A stretch of 42,845 bases of DNA from NCBI RefSeq assembly GCF_006345805.1, contig NW_021835053.1:1-42845 (forward strand), written 5' to 3'. The DNA is from Octopus sinensis (lineage: Eukaryota). Positions 34,967 to 42,845 of the stretch are shown in pieces (within the stretch, counting starts at the first letter, position 1; every line of letters starts with the position of its first letter). The translations under genes and the position numbers were made by a program. Under the pieces are notes generated by a model. The model had not been told where the DNA came from. It did not search any database and saw only the letters and a list, made by a program, of their open reading frames with translations.

Positions 34967-36530
34967 TTACTGTTTTAACGGAAGAGAGGGTGTAGTTTCA
35001 CCCTCCTCTTTTCTGTCTGTGACTGTTGTGGTTTGTGAGGTCATTTTTTTCATGAATTGCCTGTACAGATGGCTCGAAAAGTTCATCTGTAATGGGCCGA
35101 CATCCTCTGCAAAAGATTTTTTTAGTTCGAAATAGTCTGTGTTGTCTATAGTATAAAATTCGACATTTTCGAGAATTATACTATTTAAATCTGTTGCAAT
35201 ATATTTTTTCGCTGATTTCATTAAACCAATTTGGTCTCTTAAGAGTTTATTATTTTTGTTTATCACCGTGAAGGTGTTTCTCTTTTATATTAGGCGATTG
35301 TGGAGGGGTGTGTGTGTGCTTGTAGACGCGTGGATGTTTGTAGGTGTGTGTGTGCTTGTGGTAGGTGTGTGTGTGTTTGTGTGTGCTATTTCCAGTGTGT
35401 GTGGTTTTTTGGCTACATGTGTGTTTGCAGCTGAGGGTGTGCTTGTCTATCTCGGAGCATAGTACTGTGTATCTGAAGAGGGTGGAGTTTTTGTTTCCAT
35501 CTTCTCTTTGAAGGTTCCACGGTGACCCACTCCTGGTTGTTGTTGTTGTTTTCTCCCGCTGTCGGCTGTACTTCGGCAATTTGTCTGTGCGACGTGGCTG
35601 CTATTTCTAGCAGTGTGGTCGTTGTCTTTGGTGTCGTGCTTGCCTCTTCTGCTGCGTTTTTTTTTGGCTGTCTTCTTCTTACAGTTCGACTTTATGTGGC
35701 CTTTCTTGCTACATTTGTAGCACCTAGGCTTTCTCCCCACGACTACCACCACCAGGCTGGTATTTTCCGCAATTATAAGTGAACCGGGCATTTTTTCTAA
35801 GTCTGAGGGGTTTGCTTGGATCACAAGCTCTAAATCTTGTCCAATCCAGTTCATGTGGTGGTATCTCTTAGTTTGAAGAATTGTAATTTCTTCCTCTTTG
35901 CCCATGAGAATAGCGGCTACCACCCAGGCCACATCTATTACGGATGGTATATCACTGACCCTGACTTTTAAAGTTCTCCTTCCTAAGTAAGTTTGCAGGA
36001 GGACTACTTCTTCCGACTTCAATGTCATTGTTGAATGTTCCCTGGCTTTTTCTTCGCTCGGGAAACGCACCTATACAGTGCCGAAGCGACTACCCCTCGT
36101 TATATAACCTGTTTCTTGCCATATCGGCCTCAAGCATTTTTCTATCGCTTCCCTCAGCGTGAAGTCAATTTTTCTATTTTTCACGTCTTATACATCAAAG
36201 TTTTTCTCTCCGTCGCGTTAATTAATTCACTGGGAGGGAGCAACTTCACATTTTCACCTTCTTTTTTGAGTAGTCCTTGAAATTTCTTTAAATCTTCCGT
36301 GTTTATTACGATGGTTTCACAGGGGCCAGTTGCTGAACACGGAAAATGTATTTTTGACTTTTCCTCTTGTGTCGTAGCTTCGCTCGACATCTTGTCGTCT
36401 GCTTTTGTAACGCGCGCGTGAGACGCCTCTATACTTTTACCTTCCTCCTCCCACATTTTCGTCTCTCTGCCTTCAAACAAATTTTCAAAGTTTTCCTCGG
36501 ACTCGGAAGAAATTGGTGGCAAATTCATGT
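34967..36530 (-). pseudogene. Tx1/L1 ORF1 (gag-like, CCHC zinc knuckle), frameshifted
   Basis: Pieces are the C-terminal half of 36181-36864 (MNLPPISSE...), 35447-36070 (CX2CX4HX4C) and probably 34967-35266. Confidence 0.75.
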
Positions 36531-36687
36531 TTTTTGCCGTTTCCTCCTTGAAACAAGGCGGAAACAACAGCAAAACTTTGCTGCAACAGCAGAAAAGAAG
36601 TGGTCTCGGCGACCAAAACAGTAAATTTTCACAATTTTCGGCACAAAAACAATCTTTCACTGCGGAGCAAGGAATAACACGACCGAT

Positions 36688-36845
36688 GAGAGAGAGAGAG
36701 AGAGAGAGAGAGAGCAGACAGAGAGAGAGAGAAAAGAAGAGAGGTAGGGAGGGAGAGAGGAAGAGAGAAAGAGAGAGAGAAGGGAGGAGGAAAGGAAAGA
36801 AAGAGAGAAAGAAAGAAGTAAAGAAAAGAAACGAAAGAAAGAAAA
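36688..36845. repeat. (GA)n / purine-rich compound microsatellite abutting the Tx1 5' end
   Basis: Seen directly. It starts right after GACCGAT. Confidence 0.95.
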
Positions 36846-38087
36846 CATGTAAACAGAAACCCATGTGTCAGGTTACGGCCTTTTAACGCCACACCCAAGA
36901 AATCAAAATGAAAGCAATAAAATTAAGACAGAAAATGAATCTCAGTAAAAAAAGATGATGAGTAAGTGTAAATAGATTTCCGTGATCAACAAACATTACA
37001 GAGTAACCTTTTACCAAAGCGGCTTCAATTAATAGAAAACCTGTTGGGAAATCTTGGATAAATAATTCCCACGTTTTCGATGATAACAAATTATTCCGAT
37101 TTCGCTAAAAACCACACGGCATTTCCAACTCTGAATCTGTCCCTCCCACCCCGCATTTATCAATGTATACAGGCATTGTATATGTGTGTGTATATGTATG
37201 AAATGTATACTATATCTGTGTGTATGTATGTATTACATCGATCAATAAAGAACCGAAAGAAAAATAGAATCTGTTTATTCAGAGATTCTCTCAAACCAAA
37301 TCCAAACAAGTTTCCACATACCTCTTCGGTTGCATCTCACTACAACTCCTGTTTCAATCCTAGCCCGGATTTGCTATATATTTTCATTCTACTGGGGCGG
37401 CGGTCATTTGCCAGACAACCCCCATCGTCTTAAATATCAACATAAAACTGACGTGTTAGTATCTCTGATAATGAAACAATTGTCTTCTTCTAGGGTGTGA
37501 CTTATATGAGGAGATTTGGCTGCCATTTCTAGCTTCACGTACGTAAAAACTTTCAACATAATTTTATGGAATCCAGGTAACCAAAAATTAACAGGAAAAC
37601 TATGGGAGTTTTGACCAGAGGTGGGGGGATTGTCCGAGGGGGTTTTGTCCTAGGGTGGGGGACAAATTATTTGTGACTTTATTACAGGTCTTCATTTTAT
37701 GACCAAGAAAACATGGCATACCTAGACAGGTGCCCCTCCAACAATTTTGTTTCTTTGTAACTTTCAGAAAAGTTGATGTTCTTGAATGAAATTTACTAGA
37801 AATAGCTTTAAGAGGCTGTAGGTTCCGATGATGGGGGAAAATATCGATGGCTTTGCAGACATACGTAATGACACACATCACATATACCTGCAAAACTTGG
37901 AAATACGCACGCACACATGCACACACAAACACACACACATACATTCTTAAAATTGAGAGGAAACAAATCCATGTAGTTATAATGTAAGGAAAAGTATTGA
38001 AATCGATTTTGTAAAGTTTTTGTAAAGCAATGGAGAGACGGGATTAAAGAAATTAAATTAGGAAGATGTAAAACAAAAAAAACTTAC

Positions 38088-38420
38088 CTCGTCACAACTC
38101 TGAGCAAAAGTGAAACTTGAAACTTTATTTGATCGTTTTTAAGCTATTGATTGGTTTAACAACAACTTTGTATGACATCAGTGGTTTTCCCAGAAAGAAA
38201 AAAAACACTTCCCCCTCTGCCCTCTTTTAACACAATTTACTTGTACGAACATTTTGTGATAAAAGTTTATTATTATTATTTACAACAGACGACACAAAGA
38301 AAACTTTTCAAAAGAAGAAAAATCTGAAAAGTTTTTTTTATAGGAAATGAAGGTGAATGTAGGTTAGAGAAGATTTCACTTTCATTTTTGACACCTCCAG
38401 AGACTTCACTTACATTTTTC
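38088..38420 (-). promoter_or_regulatory. Candidate promoter and non-coding first exon with IRF/ISRE, GAS, kB-like, CRE-like and CCAAT motifs
   Basis: Donor GAG|GTAAGT (exon end 38088). AAAAGTGAAACTTGAAACT at 38106-38124. CCAAT (minus) at 38150-38154. TGACATCA at 38173-38180. TTCCCAGAA at 38187-38195 overlaps GGGAAAACCA (minus). AAATGAAAGTGAAA (minus) at 38374-38387. These are motif matches only. Confidence 0.5.
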
Positions 38421-38669
38421 TAAGTCACCACAGAATTTATCCGGTTTTCTCCAATGGTGGCCATTAGTTGGAGCGTTTTTCCACAAACAGTCAGGTGGTG
38501 TGTCCACGTACACGCACACATATATATTAAACCACGGTTTTGCATATAAATTATCTGCTACCGTATACCTTATAGCTAGGACTATACACAGTGAGGTAAT
38601 ACACCAGGAGTGCCAATGGAATCGGCTATTCTTTAGATGGTTGCAGAACCACTAATTATATCTTGCTTA

Positions 38670-38721
38670 ACACACAAACACACACACACATACATATATG
38701 AATATATGTATATGTATATAT

Positions 38722-38763
<42 letters not shown>

Positions 38764-38825
38764 TATATATATATACTCACACACACACACACATACAACA
38801 TACATACGTACATACATACATATGT
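38670..38825. repeat. Compound (CA)n/(TA)n/(CATA)n microsatellite
   Basis: Seen directly in the sequence. Confidence 0.95.
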
Positions 38826-39030
38826 GGAGATTTAGATTGACCCTGCCTGAGATTTGAAACCAAACCAACGAGCTTATTGTCAAAACGAGCGAGAAATCCT
38901 CCACACAACATGATTGGTGAGGACACAGTCAACACCCTAGGACCTGTACTGGTCAAGGAAATGTCACTCCTTTATTAAAATTTACTGACCACAGCCGATA
39001 AAACAATTATGTTCTATCTCTTGCTCTGAT

Positions 39031-42000
39031 GTGTCAGCTATGACCAAGGAGCAACACCGTCTCTTAGGTGTCAGCTAGGACCAAGGAACAACACCGACTC
39101 TTAGGTGTCAGCTATGACCAAAAAGGAAACACCATCTCTTAGGTGTCAGCTATGACCAGGGAGCAACACAGTCTCTTATGTGTCAGCTAGGACCAAGGAG
39201 CAACACCGTCTGTTAGGAGTCAGCTATGACCAGGGAGCAACACAGTCTCTTATGTGTCAGCTAGGACCAAGGAGCAACACCATCTCTTAGGTGTCAGCTA
39301 TTACCAAAGAGCAACACCGTCTCTTAGGTGTCAGCTATGACCAAAGAGCAACAACCGTCTCTTAGGTGTCAGCTATGACCAAGAACAACACCGTCTCTTA
39401 GGTGTCAGCTAGGACCAAGGAGCAACACCGTCTATTATGTGTCAGCTAGGACCAAGGAGCAACACCATCTCTTCGGTGTCAGCTATGACCAAGGAACAAC
39501 ACCGTCTCTTAGGTGTCAGCTATGACCAAGAAACAACGCCATCTCTTAGGTATCAGCTATGACCAAGGAACAACACCGTCTCTTAGGTGTTGCGAGGACC
39601 AAGGAGCAACACCGTCTCTTAGGTGTCAGCTAGGACCAAGGAACAACACCGTCTTTAGGTGTCAGCTATGACCAAGGAGCAACACCGTTTCTTAGGTGTC
39701 AGCTATGAGCAAGGAGCAACACCGTCTCTTAGGTGTCAGCTATGACCAAGGAGCAACACCGTCTCTTAGGTGTCAGCTAGGACCAAAGAGCAACACCGTC
39801 TCTTATGTGTCAGCTATGACCAAGGAGCAACACCGTCTCTTATGTGTCAGCTATGACCAAGAAGCAACACCGTCTCTTAGGTGTCAGCTATGACCAAGGA
39901 GTAACACCGTCTCTTAGGTGTCAGCTAGGACCAAGGAGCAACACCGTCTCTAAGGTGTCAGCTAGGACCAAGGAGCAACACCGTCTATTATGTGTCAGCT
40001 ATGACCAGGGAGCAACACAGTCTCTTATGTGTCAGCTAGGACCAAGGAGCAACACCGTCTGTTAGGAGTCAGCTATGACCAGGGAGCAACACAGTCTCTT
40101 ATGTGTCAGCTAGGACCAAGGAGCAACACCATCTCTTAGGTGTCAGCTATTACCAAAGAGCAACACCGTCTCTTAGGTGTCAGCTATGACCAAAGAGCAA
40201 CACCGTCTCTTAGGTGTCAGCTATGACCAAGGAACAACACCGTCTCTTAGGTGTCAGCTAGGACCAAGGAGCAACACCGTCTATTATGTGTCAGCTAGGA
40301 CCAAGGAGCAACACCATCTCTTCGGTGTCAGCTATGACCAAGGAACAACACCGTCTCTTAGGTGTCAGCTATGACCAAGAAACAACGCCATCTCTTAGGT
40401 ATCAGCTATGACCAAGGAACAACACCGTCTCTTAGGTGTTTGCGAGGACCAAGGAGCAACACCGTCTCTTAGGTGTCAGCTAGGACCAAGGAACAACACC
40501 GTCTCTTAGGTGTCAGCTATGACCAAGGAGCAACACCGTTTCTTAGGTGTCAGCTATGAGCAAGGAGCAACACCGTCTCTTAGGTGTCAGCTATGACCAA
40601 GGAGCAACACCGTCTCTTAGGTGTCAGCTAGGACCAAAGAGCAACACCGTCTCTTATGTGTCAGCTATGACCAAGGAGCAACACCGTCTCTTATGTGTCA
40701 GCTATGACCAAGGAGCAACACCGTCTCTTAGGTGTCAGCTATGACCAAGGAGCAACACCGTCTCTTAGGTGTCAGCTAGGACCAAGGAGCAACAACACCG
40801 TCTCTTAGGTGTCAGCTAGGACCAAGGAGCACACCGTCTCTTATGTGTCAGCTATGACCAAGGAGCAACACCGTCTCTTAGGTGTCAGCTATGACCAAGG
40901 AGCAACACCGTCTCTTATGTGTCAGCTATGACCAAGGGGCAACACCGTCTCTTAGGTGTCAGCTAGGACCAAGGAGCAATACCATCTCTTATGTGTCAGC
41001 TATGACCAAGGAGCAACACCATCTCTTAGGTGTCAGCTATGACCAAGGAGAAACACCATCTCTTGTTGTCAGCTATGACCAAGGATCAACACCGTCTCTT
41101 AGGTGTCAGCTAGGACCAAGGAGCAACACCGTCTCTTAGGTGTCAACTAGGACCAAGGAGCAACACCATCTCTTATGTGTCAGCTATGACCAAGAAGCAA
41201 CACCGTCTCTTAGGTGTCAGCTAGGACCAAGGAGCAATACCATCTCTTATGTGTCAGCTATGACCAAGGAGCAACACCATCTCTTAGGTGTCAGCTATGA
41301 CCAAGGAGAAACACCATCTCTTGTTGTCAGCTATGACCAAGGAGCAACACCGTCTCTTAGGTGTCTATTATGTGTCAGCTATGACCAAGGAACAACACCG
41401 TCTCTTAGGTGTTGCTAGGACCAAGGAACAACACGGTCTCTTAGGTGTCAACTAGGACTAAGGAGCAACACCGTCTCTTAGGTGTCAGCTAGGATCAAGG
41501 AGCAACACCGTCTCTTAGGTGTCAGCTAGGACCAAGGAGCAATACCATCTCTTAGGTGTCAGCTATGACCAAGGAACAACACCGTCTCTTAGGTGTCAGC
41601 TATGACCAAAAGCAACACCGTCTCTTAGGTGTCAGCTATGACCAAGGAACAACACCGTCTCTTAGGTGTTTGCGAGGACCAAGGAGCAACACCGTCTCTT
41701 AGGTGTCAGCTAGGAAAAAGAACAACACCGTCTCTTAGGTGTCAGCTATGACCAAGGAACAACACCGTCTCTTAGGTGTCAGCTATGACCAAGGAGCAAC
41801 ACCATCTCTTATGTGTCAGCTATGACCAAGGAGCAACACCATCTCTTAGGTGTCAACTATGACCAAGGAGCAACACCATCTCTTAGGTGTCAGCTATGAC
41901 CAAGGAGCAACACCATCTCTTAGGTGTCAGCTATGACCAAGGAGCAACCCGTCTCTTAGGTGTCAGCTAGGACCAAGGAGCAACACCGTCTATTATGTGT

Positions 42001-42845
42001 CAGCTATGACCAAGGAACAACACCGTCTCTTAGGTGTTAGCTAGGACCAAGGAACAACACCGTCTGTTAGGTGTCAGATAGGACCAAGGAGCAACACCGT
42101 CTCTTAGGTGTCAGCTATGACCAAGAAGCAACACCGTCTCTTAGGTGTCAGCTATGACCAAAGAGCAACACCGTCTCTTAGGTGTCAGCTATGACCAAGA
42201 AACAACACCGTCTCTTAGGTGTCAGCTAGGACCAAGGAGCAACACCGTCTATTATGTGTCAGCTAGGACCAAGGAGCAACACCATCTCTTAGGTGTCAGC
42301 TATGACCAAGAACAACACCGTCTCTTAGGTGTCAGCTATGACCAAGAAACAACGCCATCTCTTAGGTATCAGCTATGACCAAGGAACAACACCGTCTCTT
42401 AGGTGTTTGCGAGGACCAAGGAACAACACCGTCTCTTAGGTGTCAGCTATGACCAAGGAGCAACACCGTTTCCTAGGTGTCAGCTATGAGCAAGGAGCAA
42501 TACCATCTCTTATGTGTCAGCTATGACCAGGAGCAACACCGTCTCTTAGGTGTCAGCTAGGACCAAGGAGCAACACCATCTCTTAGGTGTCAGCTATGAC
42601 CAAGGAACAACACCGTCTCTTAGGTGTCAGCTATGACCAAGAACAACACCGTCTCTTAGGTGTCAGCTATGACCAAGGAACAACACCGTCTCTTAGGTGT
42701 TGCGAGGACCAAGGAACAACACCGTCTCTTAGGTGTCAGCTATGACCAAGGAGCAACACCGTTTCCTAGGTGTCAGCTATGAGCAAGGAGCAATACCATC
42801 TCTTATGTGTCAGCTATGACCAAGGCAACACCGTCTCTTAGGTGT
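39031..42845. repeat. Satellite/minisatellite array, 37-bp monomer (about 103 copies, open at window end)
   Basis: Consensus GTGTCAGCTATGACCAAGGAGCAACACCGTCTCTTAG repeats head-to-tail with no spacers. Confidence 0.98.

Larger units (their letters stand above)
31400..36687 (-). mobile_element. Near-full-length decayed Tx1/L1-clade non-LTR retrotransposon (ORF1 plus ORF2)
   Basis: ORF1 pieces include the knuckle CYKCSKKGHIKSNC. ORF2 pieces contain APE motifs (VYAP, SDFN, SYIDRI, SDH), RT motifs (PGLDGLPY, FRPITLL, LDQLKAYDRV, SVRQGCPLS, AYADD) and a C-terminal CxxC...H...C. The 3' boundary is approximate. Confidence 0.9.

Noticed and set aside
36181-36898. Leu/Ser/Phe-rich and Arg/Glu-rich ORFs (also 14872-15350 and 23100-23603)
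   Set aside because: They are products of (GA)n/(TC)n microsatellites.
39696-42378. ORFs in the 37-bp satellite
   Set aside because: These are repeat translations only. 37 is not a multiple of 3, and stops recur.
39031-42845. CRISPR array (37-bp partly palindromic repeat)
   Set aside because: The repeats are contiguous with no unique spacers, no cas genes are present, and the context is eukaryotic.
39031-42845. Telomeric repeat (TTAGG once per monomer)
   Set aside because: A single pentamer per 37 bp is not a tandem telomeric tract, and molluscs typically use TTAGGG.

Overview
Eukaryotic, repeat-dominated genomic DNA, most likely a cephalopod (Octopus-like). The taxon is inferred from SINE families I recognise from memory and was not checked against a database. 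Two satellite arrays bracket the window. The left array (1-9110) has a 115-bp unit derived from the 3' part of a SINE and shows higher-order structure. The right array (39031-end) has a 37-bp unit with a short internal palindrome. Between them lies a mosaic of non-LTR retrotransposons: two R4/Dong-like remnants, one young CR1-type LINE with an uninterrupted 908-aa APE-RT ORF, a decayed CR1, RTE fragments and a near-full-length decayed Tx1/L1. There are also SINEs, a piggyBac deletion derivative, MITEs and a near-perfect 93-bp-arm hairpin. The only host coding sequence I can support is one 234-bp minus-strand exon encoding a PARP14/PARP10-like RRM-repeat segment. A candidate non-coding first exon with a cluster of IRF/ISRE-, STAT/GAS- and kB-like motifs lies at about 38.1-38.4 kb on the same strand. 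There is no CRISPR array, rRNA or true tRNA gene. Most short ORFs in the track are artefacts of repeats. All alignments and counts were done by eye.
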